From contig BFEA01000019.1 in assembly GCA_003427395.1 (NCBI GenBank), positions 2,386,032-2,450,031 of the forward strand: DNA of 64,000 bases. Reading direction: 5' to 3'. The position numbers were made by a program, and so were the translations under genes. Shown piece after piece: positions 10,891 through 23,888 of the stretch. Below the pieces are notes generated by a model. It saw nothing but the letters and a program-made list of their open reading frames with translations, did no database searches and had not been told where the DNA came from. Position 1 is the first letter of the stretch. The number at the start of each line of letters is the position of its first letter. Source of the stretch: Chara braunii (Eukaryota > Plantae > Charophyceae).

Positions 10891-13800
10891 CGAGCGGCCC
10901 CCCTAAGAGTGCAGTAGGCACTCCAAACGAGGACCCACCGACTGTTTGGCACTGCTAGAGGGTGCTCGGCTAGAGACACAAAAAGTACTTGGAAAAAATC
11001 AGAGAGAGGGAAAACAAACATACCTAAAACTGATTGTGTGTGTGTGTGATGATGTGTGTGAACACATATTGCGGACGCCTCAGCAATTAACACATAAATG
11101 CTCCATCCCACCATCACGGCACAGGATACACTCCAGAAGGACCCCTGAGGCACTCCACCAATTCTCATAGATTCCATCCCTCATCATGCCCGATTCCATA
11201 TACAAACAAAAGATTCACCAAGACAGGGGAGTTACTCACTCCGGCAAGAGCAGTAGATCAAAGACCACGTTACAGAGAGCATGCTAATGAATTCGAATAG
11301 AAAAATACAGAACCCAGTATATCATACATGCATCAGCATCACACCCCATTGAAGCGAGACTACGATTCCCAAGGAGATCAATAAGCTATTGAAGCAAGAT
11401 AGAAGAACCAAGAGGCAGACGAGGAGAAAGGAATCAAGGAGAGAAGCAGAGAAAGAAGGAGAGAAAGAAAGAAAGAAGGGAAAGAAGGGAAAGAAGGGAA
11501 AAGAGGACCAATTCATGACCCGAAAAAAGTGTCTGGACAACGGATCGTTTCAGAAAGTGAATCCAGTATAATATGGAAGAATGAGCAATCAACAAAGAAA
11601 AAGATTTCGCCATATCGCTCCAAGCAGAAGCTCACCACACATCCTCCCCAAGAATCTCGACAGCACCTAATTTGGACACGTTTGCTCTCATTCTTATGCT
11701 ACTTCAAAGGACTGTGGACAATTATACCCTCAACAAAATCTAAATCCAGAGAACTTCAGAGACAAAGCTCCAGCAAAGAATCAAAAAAAGCTTTTATTCA
11801 TACACAGGGCCTCCCAACTGAATCTCCTATACACCATCTTAATCACTTATACTCAGCGCCTGTGTCAATAGGGCAGATCCGTCGTAAACGAAGGAGGAGT
11901 ACAACGCCTCTGCATCGAATGACCTTATTATGGCAGATGAACACACCCTATTCGAATGAATCACTCGTCAAAAACCTGTACACAGCATGATTACCTGATT
12001 CATCGTAGAGGATGGATACTAGCCCTCCAAGAACGTATGAACACAAACGAACTCAAACACCCATCCATCTATACATCCTTTACAAAACTTACACAACTCT
12101 TGAGACTCATATCACGTCCATGTCCCTTACCCTACGAACAGAGTATCCCCTCATAAACACTCAAACATCCATTCAGACTCACATAATGCATATGCATAAT
12201 CATCTAACAACCCTCAAGCATTACATACTACCGACTTCCTTTGCACAAAGAAGCCACGCATCCCCCCACCATCCCTCCATACTGCAACCCTCTGAATCAC
12301 GATCGCCGTTGTAATGTATAACGGCCACACACTTGAAGGGACAAAAAGGGCTCTGATAGATCTCATCGCCGCTCCCCTGATGCTCGCAATCTGTCAGCAG
12401 CAAACATCGCCTACCCAAGAATTACATAAAGCCAAAGGGAAATCGGATCTGACGAGCAAGGAGGAACAAGAGGAACAAGAGGAGGAGAAGGGGGAGGAGG
12501 AGGAATCGTCATCAGAAAAAATCAGAGATATTGGGCATTCCATCCATCAAAGCCCAAACAGACAAACAACGCATCCAATACCAATGGTAAGCACCAAGGA
12601 CTTATAACAAATAATGTTGTTAAAAACATAACCAAGGTTCTCATAGTACCTCACGATTACCATTTTACCACACAGAGGGTAGGTGATAGTCCGACAACGT
12701 CCGATCATGGCTAGGGTGGTGGCAAACATCCTCAAACGTTTTTCGCTAGTCTTGCTACAAACTTCGGTCATCAGAGGAATAATAGAAAAGCACATGACCA
12801 TGACATCAAGAGGAAGTACACGAGAACCACCAATCATAGAGGGCATACGGGAAGAGGGGCCATGCGTAAAATATTAATAATAAGGCAATCGGTCACATTA
12901 CCTCCGGCTGAGGGTTCGCCGAGTCTTCTTCTGCAAGATGTGTGTCAAGCATCTCCTCGAAGTCAAACGAAGATTCCATAGCGGCCTCAACGTATCCTTC
13001 GTGAGCTTAGTGAAAGCGCTACTCGCGGAGTGCAGTGAATCGTCACCCCCAAGGGGAGGAGTGAGCATGAAAACGCAAGCGTCGCTGACACAGTGAGAGA
13101 AAGCCTCGGAAACACTCGAGCTGGCTGAGCCGAAATTTCGACAGTGAAGGACGCTGTAGCATAGAACGGGGCACCCTGCATATCAGCACTAAACACTCCT
13201 TTGACGGAAGGTCTTGGTCGATTTTGCTAATGAGCTCCCACACGAGAGACGGGGATTCCCACGTGTGCTAACTCATTAGCTTCGACCACTCTAAGAGGAC
13301 TAATCCTATGCCTAATCCCTCCTTAAATATGCACCGTCACCCCCTACTTCCTCTCCTATAGGTCGCGCCATACGGGACCGAATACTCTACTGCCTAATAA
13401 ATCAGTCTTTTTCAACCGAATTCACGACCAGAAACATCAGCCAGGTTTAGCGTAACTTTTCAGAAGTAGGCCCACCTCAACTAGTGATTCCCAGAAGGAT
13501 CCCCTATTAGGGCCACTCAGGGTCCGATTAACCTAGTTTTAGTCATATGTCCCGTACTTGGTTCGGGGCCACCTAAAATCTACCATGTAAAAAACAGGAA
13601 GTGCACCTAGGAGTTTAAATAACACCACCTCCCCATTTGGAATGGGGACCTTAGCATACTTCATACCCTAAAGCTTGGAGGGCCGACAAAAATAATAATA
13701 ATAAATGGATAAAACTTGATATATAAAAAAATTAATAAAGTCGTAAGGGAATAAGCACCTCAGGTATGAAAAGGAAAACGCCAGAGGAGGCGAGATTTTA

Positions 13801-13978
13801 AAAAATCTCCCCACTCAAGGGCATTCATTTTATTCAAATATTATTCACCATAATCATCCAAACCTGAACCGCTGAACTTACTAACAAAGGCCCAAAAGGT
13901 TAGAAAGAACCACAGGGTTCAGAGAGTTCCGAAAAAGAGTCGATGGACCTTAGAAAGTTCAACAGGCCCAAAAAAATT

Positions 13979-14055
<77 letters not shown>

Positions 14056-14299
14056 TACAACACATATAACACATGTTGATACTTGGAGACTGTTTCGGCA
14101 CATCCGGACAGAGGCCCTAGGACAGTGACTCATTTCGCTGAAATCCGGTGGCAGCGATATGTTTTGGGGGCGATGATCCTTTGTGCCTTGGATTGGACGC
14201 AGCGAAGGCAGCATAGTCAGAAGCAGCACAAAAAGAACACAGGACAGGATTGGTGACAGGCTGATCAGGAGACTGAACCCTCAACACTCAGGAGCATGC

Positions 14300-15552
14300 C
14301 CTCCCGGCTTTACCGCCGCAAATTCACACCAAAGAATAGAGTCGCAACCAAGAGGGCGCACGTGCCATCAAATTCCAACATGGCCCCGGGCCAGTCATCC
14401 ACTCAACTCAGATCACCTGTCCGCATTCTGACACCGACGATCCCGACCGTCGCGTAGCATCCTCCAACATTGCGATTGTCACCCCGCTAACTTAGTCTCG
14501 ACGTGGCTTGCCTGGATCCCACAGTCCGTCCTGGCGATCTAGCGCACCGCCAGCCAGTCTATAGTCAGCTTTTCAGGACTTTCCGACTCGCACCGTACAC
14601 ATCACCTAGCTACTACTTCCCGGAAGCTGGCCGATGAGTTGAGAGAGAGTTTTGCGAGGGCGCCGGCGGAATTTATAGCTGCGAGAAGAGAGAGAGACAC
14701 GAAGAAAAAGGAAGGGTGAGGCAGAGGAGGGTATAGGAGAGTTTGGGAGTGACAACCCATCGATTCGAAAGTCATGTTGATCCCTCCTAACTTGACCTCA
14801 GCCAATCAGAATCGTCGCGCAGTAAGAACTTACACGACGCTTCTCCGTGGCTAGATGGGGAGAGAGGATCGACTGGGTTTTCGAGCGCGGATCTGAGAGC
14901 GGGAAGAAGAGGAGCGCGAAGGATAGCACGAAACGGGTCCAAGATTCAGATGATCAAGAAGGAGAAAAAGGGTGCGCGCTGAGAAGGGGAGGGAAAAACA
15001 GTTACAGGGGGAGGGGGCGAGAAGGCGTGTGCGCGCGAAGAAGGACGGTGAGAGGAGCGCGGGGAGGAAGGAGGAGGGAGCTTGCTTGCATGGCGTCGAT
15101 CGGCAAAAGGGGAATGGACACCAAGGCAGTTGCAGTCTTTTCCAATCCTATGCTAATTCAAAAATTGAAAGTACCATATCCACGCGCAAAACAGGCGTGT
15201 GAAAGAAAGTCTTCCATCCATCCATATTCCTACAAGAATTCCCAGAGTTTTCAAGGTCGAGGCCGAGAACATTCACGCACGGAAGGTCGTGCGACATTCC
15301 GATAATTCCGGGATTTCTAACTGTCGAGCCAAATTCCAAGCGCACTCGCTAAGGCGCGCGAAATTCCCATGCATTTTCAATCAAAAACAAAAAGGAAAGG
15401 AACTGACAGATTCTCGCAAGGTACCTTTAATCGGGCACAGACAGGGGGGGGGGGAATCCCGGTGTCGAACTGTACACATCTGGATGCAGAGAAAACACGG
15501 GAAAAGGAAGGGGTCCGAAAGATGGCGCAGGTCAGGAAGCTAGTACGTCACA
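14300..15552 (-). mobile_element. Partial LTR 'D' of the TGTGA...TCACA LTR family (left boundary uncertain)
   Basis: Terminus gtacgtcaca at 15543-15552. Minus-strand TATAAA at 14672-14677. Inverted similarity to LTR A, e.g. caggactttccgactcgcacc versus 23478-23498. Confidence 0.7.
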
Positions 15553-16127
15553 TACCAGGACATAAAAGAACTGGAAGTGGACCCAGCGGAATGGAGTTGG
15601 CTCATCCCTAGCAGTGAGGGAGGAGCTAGAAAGCTCACAGCGCTCAACGACTACGAAGTCAAAACAGGGTAATATAGGCTAAGAAATCAAACGAAGGATC
15701 CGCAACCAATAATCTCAGAGAGATGGAAGAAAAAATTGGGAGGAAATGCAGGATGGGTAAGCAAAATTTCATGGAACTTGTACGCCAGTGTAAGACCGAC
15801 AAGGATCAGAAGCCTGCAATGGCTTATACTATATTGGGAAGTGCCAGTCAACCAATGGTTGGGCAAAAGAAGGAAACAAGAAGACTTAAGTTCCCACAAC
15901 AATCAACTTGGTGCAAAATGTGCAGTGAGAACGCTGAAGAATCACTGACACATTGCCTAATACACTGGCAGCGGGCCCAAGAACTCTGGGATATAACTAA
16001 GTCTCTGTGGGCCTACCAAATAGGCCAAGACTACCCCTCAAGTACGACGTACCTACTGGCAGGAAGGAAAGAAGAAGAAGACATTGAAGAAGAGGAAGTT
16101 GTCCTGGCAGAGCTATGGAGAAAAGTG
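15553..16127 (+). mobile_element. L1-type LINE ORF2 C-terminal fragment, cut on both sides by LTRs
   Basis: WCKMCSENAEESLTHCLIHWQRAQELW is a degenerate zf-RVT motif. Confidence 0.75.
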
Positions 16128-18412
16128 TGTGATGCGCAACCTCACACCCCGCGCGGCGTAGCGTGCCCTTCGCGCTGATCAGAGTTATTGGGGGTGTGGC
16201 CGATGATTTTTGGCCGTAGGGATGGAGTCACCCAATCGAAATGGGGATCTCTGGGTTTCGGGCCGGAGGTTTCCAAGGAATTGAACCGTCGCCGCAGACG
16301 TCCCAGGGGAAAGATACGCCTCCTCGCGGGATCAAGGGAGTCCCTCAAACCGGAATGGCCGCAGTGAATCAGAACGAGAAAAAAACACTAGGGGGATTAG
16401 GCCAGGGCAGCGGAGGGCGGAGGCCTCCGTTCCTCGTTACGCGGCGATGGGTTAGTCGTACAGGTAGTTGGTTCGAGGCCTTCAGGCCTCCGCGTCGGAC
16501 TCGTCGAGCCTGCGAGGACCCTCCTGCGCGAGAGGCGATACGGCGAGATGGCCCGTCGGCACCCAAGTTCGAAATTGCGCGGGTCGCGCACCCGCGCCAC
16601 AGGAGAGCTCGGGAAAACGCGCAGCTCCCTTGTACCCAAGGACCAGCCGTCGCCAGGAGCAGGAGTCTCCTTGGCGACACCAGCGGCAATTGAACCGCGG
16701 CTGCCACGTGGCGTGGGCTGCCGACCAGGGTAGCAGCGTTAAGTTGGTGTAGGGCAATATCAGGGTCGGAGAGGCAAATTGATCAATCAGGACAAACCCG
16801 TCTCCCCTTATATTACACGCCTGAGTCGGGTTATGCCAACAGATTTGCTCCGTTCGTCTCAGGGCGCGCCGCACGTCCGCATCGCAGTAGACGCTGTCGC
16901 CATCTGCGATGAGGAAGGCCGGTAGCGCGCTGGGACGATCGGAGGTGAGGGAAGAACACGGGCCAGACCCCGCGCTCTCAGTCGTCCGAACCAACGCAGT
17001 CTCCATACAACAGCTCAGCGTCGCCTCCTTTTCTCTGGGTTAGGGTCTCGAAGAGATGGCGGGATCTAAGTTCTCTTCGTTGGCGGAGGCGTCAACAGCA
17101 GGCGATCGTTCGTGCTATTAACGTCACCGGTATAGGGGACAAGAAGTTCAAAATGACACCTGCCAATTCGAGAAGGAAGCAGAGAGAGGGAGAGAGAGAA
17201 AGTCGATGTCGGGGCCGCGCTTGCGCGCAGCAGGGCGGGTCAAAGACCCAAGGGCCGTGGAAGGGATGGGAGCGACGGGATCAACCCAATCATACCCCTA
17301 GGCAGACGGTTATCACAGATCGCTTCCCTAGTCCCCGCCCGGATGAGTGCGCACCCACATACATCAACATGCATGCAATCAACAACAATCAACAGGACAT
17401 CCAATCATCCATGGACTTTCACACCACACATGCATACGACAAGGTCCCGCCACTCGGGCCTCACACACACCATGCGTGGACAAAGCAGGAATGGAGATAA
17501 AAGCGAGTCCTCCTTGTACCAAAAACGTCTTCATAAAGCTGGCCCAACTAGGCGCAGCCCCAATCCATCAAGACCACCGACAACCATAGCCCTCAAGACC
17601 CTGACGCTGTCGGCGTCTGATCTCCACCACCACTCTGTCCCTTCGACTATTACACCCCGAGTCTACCGCTAAGCCCGACCCGTGTCATCACTCCGCCCGT
17701 CACATGGGCTCGTCAAGCCTGTTCGGCGTCGCGGACCGTGCGCATAGCTCGCGCAGCATTGCAGCCAAGATCAAAGAGGAGGGGAGGAGTGGGTTGCGAT
17801 AATTTATAGCGCGGGAGGCGGCGGGAAGCATGGGGTTGTAGATGAAGAGGACAAAGGAAGGGCTGGGTTCGAGAAGGGTCGATGCCGAGAAGTCGTCTGA
17901 TCCTACGTGATTGGGGTGATCGTTCAAGTGGTGCACGCATTTTCGCGCCAGGCCCTTCCACATTGATCCGAGCATCCCAACTACTCGGCCAATCGTTCTC
18001 GGCCAAAGGCGAGGCGGGGATCGAGCTTGCATAAAGGAAGATGAAGAGTCCTTGCATGAAGAAAGCGCGCGCAGCAAGAAAGGAAGATGGCGCGGGGATG
18101 CAAAGCAAGAGAAAGAGTTTGTGTGGCGTGCGCAAATTCGAAAAAGAAGCCGCGCATGCAAAAATCCGAAATTCCCCATTTCCTTCCCCACTAAGTCCTA
18201 ACCGTTTCTTGAAATTCAACGCGCCCGCTATTCGGCCGCGCGAATGTTCATTCACAGATACCAGTTCAAAGAAAAAGAAAGGTCGTTTCAAGAAAAGCGA
18301 AAAAAAAAAAAAAAAAAAAAAAAACGTCACTCGTATTCGCACTTCGGGGCTTTCGGAGGGTTTATCCTCAAGGGTACGGGGAGCCGCGAAGTACGGGTCT
18401 GGGCTCATCACA
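16128..18412 (-). mobile_element. LTR 'C' (about 2.3 kb)
   Basis: Termini tgtgatgcgc (16128) and gctcatcaca (18412). Minus-strand TATAAA at 17803-17808. The distal end gaggttgcgcatcaca resembles the ends of LTRs A and B. Confidence 0.8.
16482..17006 (-). CDS. LTR-encoded hypothetical CxxC protein (LTR C copy)
   Basis: GFVLIDQFASPTLILPYTNLTLLPWSAAHATWQPRFNCRWC is homologous to the ORFs in LTRs A and B. Confidence 0.6.
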   Translation of the reverse strand: METALVRTTESAGSGPCSSLTSDRPSALPAFLIADGDSVYCDADVRRALRRTEQICWHNPTQACNIRGDGFVLIDQFASPTLILPYTNLTLLPWSAAHATWQPRFNCRWCRQGDSCSWRRLVLGYKGAARFPELSCGAGARPAQFRTWVPTGHLAVSPLAQEGPRRLDESDAEA

Positions 18413-18414
18413 TC

Positions 18415-20283
18415 TGTGATGCGCAGGGGGTTCCGAAAAATTAGCAGTCTCCTGACTGCTGATCAGATGTCAAGATTTGATTGATGATCGGGCGACCTCT
18501 TCATCGTAAGTTGGCCCAATCATCTCCTAATCTACTTGGATGCATTCTGCATCCTCTGTCGCCTCCCCTCATATTATACATCGATCGGGCGGCCCCTTCA
18601 TCGTCAGCTGGCCCGATCAGTGAGTAGCTCATTGCTGAACATTGTCCCCCTTGTTTTTTTTTTGTTTTTTTTTTTTCCCACCGCACGTATCATCACGCGA
18701 ACTATGGATCCAGGAGAAGAAGAAGATGCTAAATAAAGAGAAAGAAATGGATGGGGATGAGGATGGAGACGATTAAAGGAAGTGATCGATTTCAGGATTA
18801 AGAGGGGGAGGAAGGGGAGGGAGAAAGGCTGCGAGCGCAGCCAAGTTAGCTGGCACCTCCACTTCGTTGAAGTGGTGCTGTACAAAGGAGGGGTACAAAA
18901 AAGCCCCCGGCACGTGCGAGAGAACACGTGGCGCGAGATCGGCGATCGCCCGAATAATCCGTCATCGCAGCGCGCGATTTCTTGGACCCGTCAGCACCAG
19001 ATGGGTCTCCGTGTACGGCCTCCGCTCCCGCTTAACTGCTGCAAAGACCAGGATATGGTACATAATATTGGGCCGCCCGCCGGTCTCATAGATGAGCGTG
19101 TCCACCATCCTCGCCGCTATACACCCGTCGAATGGAGGCTGTAAGAACGCCTCCCATGCCGGATCAGGACGCGGCGCCCCCTCGATGACCTCAAGCCCGA
19201 TGGTGGCCAGCTCCACCATGTGATCAACGTCGGTCTGATGGACCGTCCAGCTCGTGGGAACTGCTAATATCAATGACCGGGGTATCCCAGGGGGGTTGGC
19301 AAAATCGGAACGGTCCTGCGAGGAGGGGGGGTCTGGATGCGGGATATGGAATTCGTCCCAATCCCCCTCCTGCTCCTGATGGCCCGGCTCCATTGCTATT
19401 GAGATCGGGGAGGCAGGGCCGCTGAGGTGTCGGCTCCTGATGGCCTCTGGATCTCCGCGGTCCTTCGGCTCCGCAGTCCTCCCCCGGTCAGGGCCCGATG
19501 ATGAGGGTGGCGCTTCTCTTGGGAACCGGATCGACTCTACGCGCCGGCGCAGGCTGGACAACCTCCTTGACAGGCCCCACCCGACTGCCTTGAGCCTCCG
19601 GCGATAGACTTCGTCGCCGCTTCTGGACGGTCTTCTTTCTCGGTGCCTTCAGGGCCGTCGGCTTTGGATATGATGATGGAGGCCGCAGCGGCTTGTCTTT
19701 GCGCCCGAAGTCCACCACGGACTCTCCCTCGCGCGCCAGGTAATCAGGTATTACCGCCGCGTTATACGCTCTGCACGGGGCGGAGGCGGTCCACAGTCTG
19801 AGCTACAGGTCTTCTTCCTCGGCGGCGATTACCTGCGCGATGGACAGCAGCTCGATGTGGATGAGTTGTAAGAGCCCCGGCCGATTCCTCCCGATCCTCC
19901 CAAAAGGATAAAGTGCCACTGTTCCCTCCTTCCGCTCCGGCTTCGGCTTGGCAATTACGTAGTATACTTACAGAAATTCGTCGATGTTATGAACTTCGTA
20001 CTCCACGAAGAACGTAAACATGCTCAGCACCACCGATGAATACAGCGCCCGATGCATCTCCCACGAGTCCTCGTCAGCGGGCGGCAACTGCTCAACGTCC
20101 GTCAGCTCCACCAGGTACTCGGGGAAGTTGCGCATGGGATAGGGGAGCTGCGTCAGTTGGTAAGGGAGGGTAGTGTAAGAGAAGAAGGGAGGCATTTAGA
20201 GAGAAGGGGGAGGGACAACTTGGATGTTGAGGGGCTCGGCGGGAGGGAGGAGCGCGGGGAGCTGCGACACCAATGCAAGTGCT
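18415..20283 (-). mobile_element. Internal (LTR-proximal) region of the element carrying LTR C, with accessory ORFs (18962-19561, 19968-20195)
   Basis: It shares the LTR-junction motif and the MPPFFSYTTLPYQLTQLPYPMRNFPEYLVEL segment with the + strand element at 20284-22452. Confidence 0.7.
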
Positions 20284-22452
20284 CAACGACGATCGGCAGC
20301 TGCGCTTCGACATTCAGCAGGTGAACGTGTCAGCACCCAGCATTGCTGACTTGGCGGTGTACTCGCTCCTTGCACAGCGTGTGACGTACACGGGCGTCTA
20401 TGTGGACATATCGCCAGTGCCTGGTCAGGAGTCCACGCGAGTGTTCATCGAGTTCCGAGCCATCCAGGTAGCGACGAACTTCGTGCACAGCGTTGCTACC
20501 TTCACCAGGGATTTAACCATCTTGCCAGAGCACGATCGGGAGCCAACGTACAGGTTCTTGCGCGAATACGCTCTCCAGGTGGCTAGATCGGTGGCGCAAG
20601 TGCAGGCGAGGGGCACCCATCGCTTCACCACATACGAAGGACTTCTGCGGTGGACGAAGCACTTGCATTGGTGCCGCAGCTCCCCTCGCTCCTCCCTCCC
20701 GCCGAGCCCCTCAACATCCAAGTTGTCCCTCCCTCTAAATGCCTCCCTTCTTCTCTTACACTACCCTCCCTTACCAACTGACGCAGCTCCCCTATCCCAT
20801 GCGCAACTTCCCCGAGTACCTGGTGGAGCTGACGGACGTTGAGCAGTTGTCGCCCTCTGACGAGGACGCGTGGGAGCTGCATCGGGTGCTGTATTCATCG
20901 GTGGTGCTGGGCATGTTTACGTTCTTCGTGGAGTACGAAGTTCATAACATCGGCGAATTTCTAGCTTCGGCTTGGCAATTACGTAGTATACGTATAGAAA
21001 TTCTACCATCGGATCCGTATCTTCAGTGGAGTGCATGCTTGGAAGAGCCTGGGGACGAAGACTCTCTACCATCGCGGCAGGGGTATCTGAAGCCATACGG
21101 CCTCGTCAATCACGCTTTCTATCCGAAGGCGGGGGAGGTGGTGATAGACGAAGAGGAAGGTGACGACGACGAGGAAACATCGGAAGAGGGAAGCTATAGC
21201 AAGTATAGCGAGGGCGAGCAGAGCGAAGAAGAAGAAGAGGAAGAAGACACCGGGTCTGAGTGGGAAGCCTTGTCGGAGGAAGCGACGCGTACTGGCACGG
21301 AGGCGGAAGATCCTGAGGCAGCGCGCAAGCGGGAAGAAATTACCACCGGAAAACGCCAGCTGGAGTTTGCCAGCGGAGCAAGTCTGCGCTTCGGTGACGA
21401 TCCAACCAGGGATCCGGAGCCGCCGAAGCCCGAAGATGGCGACCAAGCAGCCGCCACCCCAAGCACCTCACGGCGGAGACGGAGTCGATCCTCCTCCCCT
21501 TCCAGCCCCACCCGTCCCCCAGTTCGTCCACGTACCGATGCGGGGGATAGGCCTTCGTCCCCGGTCACTATCCCGCCGTCCCCTTGATTACCTCACCCTC
21601 GAGCATATCCACACCCCTGTCACCTTCCCCCGCCACCCCTTCCCTCCCCATCGCTTCCGTGATTTCTACTCTACGCGCCTAATCGCTACCTTCTACCCCC
21701 ACCGCTCCCTTCAGCCCGCTGCCCCCACGTTCTGTTTGCATATCCTGTTGTTCAGCGCTGCGTGGGAGCAGTGCTACTGCGTAGCCATGGGGACGATCCC
21801 CGCTTGTCGCCACTACGATTTCTTTCGCGCAGCGCTCTTCCGCACCCTCTCCTCCCTCTACCGCGACTACCTCGCCTCTCTCCCTCATAGCGGCGATTGC
21901 TTCCCTCATTTTCACCGGATCATTCGCTATGAGGAACTTCCAGTGACAGTAGAAGGATTGAATCGCTACCTACCCCCACTTCCTCCCCGTCGTCCCCGTG
22001 AACTTCCCACCATGTACCGCCTCTACTGGCCCATTCCAACAAGGCGGTAAAACCCAATCACATGACTATTCCCCCCCCCCCCCCCCCTTCTCTCCCTTCA
22101 CCCAATCGACAAAGGAAAACGGCACGAATCAGTACGCTTCGCGAAGATCACGCCATCGACGACGACATCAACCTACGCTCTGATTCGACGGGCCGCGACG
22201 AGCTGGGGTGCAGAGCACACGGAGAACCAGCGGACGATGACGGCGTCACCTAGACGACCTCCGACAATTCCAGCAGCACGAGCCAGTAGACTCACGAAGA
22301 GCTTGCAATTGAAGTTGGCGTCAACATGAACTCTGGCTCGATTATCTGCTGATACGCTTGGTTCCTCATGCATCACTCTTCCCCCTCTTTCCTTCTCAGC
22401 CGTGACATGCAATCAGGAGATCGCATAATTTTGGAACCCCCTGCACGTCACA
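20284..22452 (+). mobile_element. Internal (LTR-proximal) region of the element carrying LTR A, with accessory ORFs (20273-20842, acidic 20739-21587, and about 21590-22050)
   Basis: GC-rich ORFs abut LTR A through the same junction motif as element C. No gag, RT or integrase motifs are present in the window. Confidence 0.7.
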
Positions 22453-22454
22453 TA

Positions 22455-23815
22455 TGTGACGCACTATTCCCCGAACCCATGCCATCTTTCGTACCCCTTT
22501 GGTTTGAATTTTTCTTGTATCATACCGACCCTACAAGCACCTCGTTTGTTTTCTTGATTTCGGGTGCTGCGTTTTGGGCCCCCATCTTCCGTAAGCTTTT
22601 GTGATTCTTCGGTTCTGCTTTTTCTTTTGCAAATCGGGAAATACATAGGAATTTACGCGCGCCTTAGCGAGCGCACTGGGAATTGGGCCCGGCAGTTGGG
22701 AATTCCGGGATAAGCGGAACTTCGACGTGTCCTTTTTGTGTGTGAATGTTCTCGGTCCCGTTGGGGAAAACTCTCGGAATTTTGAGAGGATACGAATAGG
22801 CGTAGGACTTTCTTTTCCCGCGTCGTCCTTTTCGCGCGCGGATATGGTGATTTCAATTTGGAATTGGTTTAGGACATAGGCAAGCTGTAACTGTTTCGGT
22901 GCCTTTTTCTTTTTGTTGACGGCGCCACGCATGCGATGCTTTCTTCTTCCCGCCCTCCCCTTGCTCTGTTTCCCGCATCGTTCTCTCCCGCACTCTTTCC
23001 TCCTTCCCCCTTCTCATCCTCCCTTCTCGCAATTGTTTTCCCTCTCTCTCTCTCCCGCTCTGATCGGTCGCGCGCCCATTTTTCCTTTCTTGATCATCTG
23101 AATCTTGGACCCGTCTTGCGCTACTTCTCGCGCCCTTTTTTCCTTTCGCCCTCCGAGTGTGAATCGGAAGCCCAGTCGATCCTTCGATTTACTCTCGCCC
23201 ACCAATCAGACGCGTGGTACGATAGGATCTGCCTATTGCGCAACGAATCTGATTGGCAAAGCTCAGAGTCCCGAAGGATCAACATGGCTTCCGTAGCGCG
23301 CTCCTCGCCAAGTCTTCTCCTCCTGCTTCTTTTCTTACACTTTGATTTTCCCCCTGCCTTCTCTCTCCCTTGCCCCCCTTCTCGCCACTATAAATTTCGC
23401 AAACGCGCCCGCAAATCTCTCTTACGTTCTCGACTCCCAAGCCAGCTTCCGGGAAGCAGTGGCTAGGCAGAGTGTTTGGTGCGAGTCGNAAAGTCCTGTC
23501 GGGCTGACGATAGGCTGGCCGGTTGCGCGCTTGATCGTCACGACGGACTGTGGGATCTGGGCGAACCGCGTCGAGTTTACGTCGACGGGGTGACAATCAC
23601 AGTGGTGGGAGTTAGCACGCGACGGCCGGGATCGTCGGTGCGGGTATGAGTATCGATGATTGAAGTTGAATGGGTGGTTGGCCCGGGGCCATATTGGAAT
23701 TCACGGCGAATGCGCCTTTGTTGTTGCGGATCTTTATCTCTGCCGTGAGTGTGCGGCGGCAACGCCGAGCTTCCTCTTTTTGAATCTTGTCCTCTCCTAT
23801 CTCGACATTCCTCCC

Positions 23816-23888
<73 letters not shown>

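Noticed and set aside
9010-10917. Cys/Leu-rich ORFs that recur identically
   Set aside because: By-products of a strand-biased 397-bp tandem repeat; no recognisable domain.
12890-13300. Possible distal part of LTR D with a fourth copy of the LTR ORF
   Set aside because: Only faint similarity by eye; no TGTGA terminus or matching TSD found.
18415-22452. A 4-kb DNA transposon bounded by about 45-bp terminal inverted repeats
   Set aside because: There is no TSD or transposase. Each end abuts an LTR through the same junction, so these are better explained as homologous internal ends of two oppositely oriented LTR elements.
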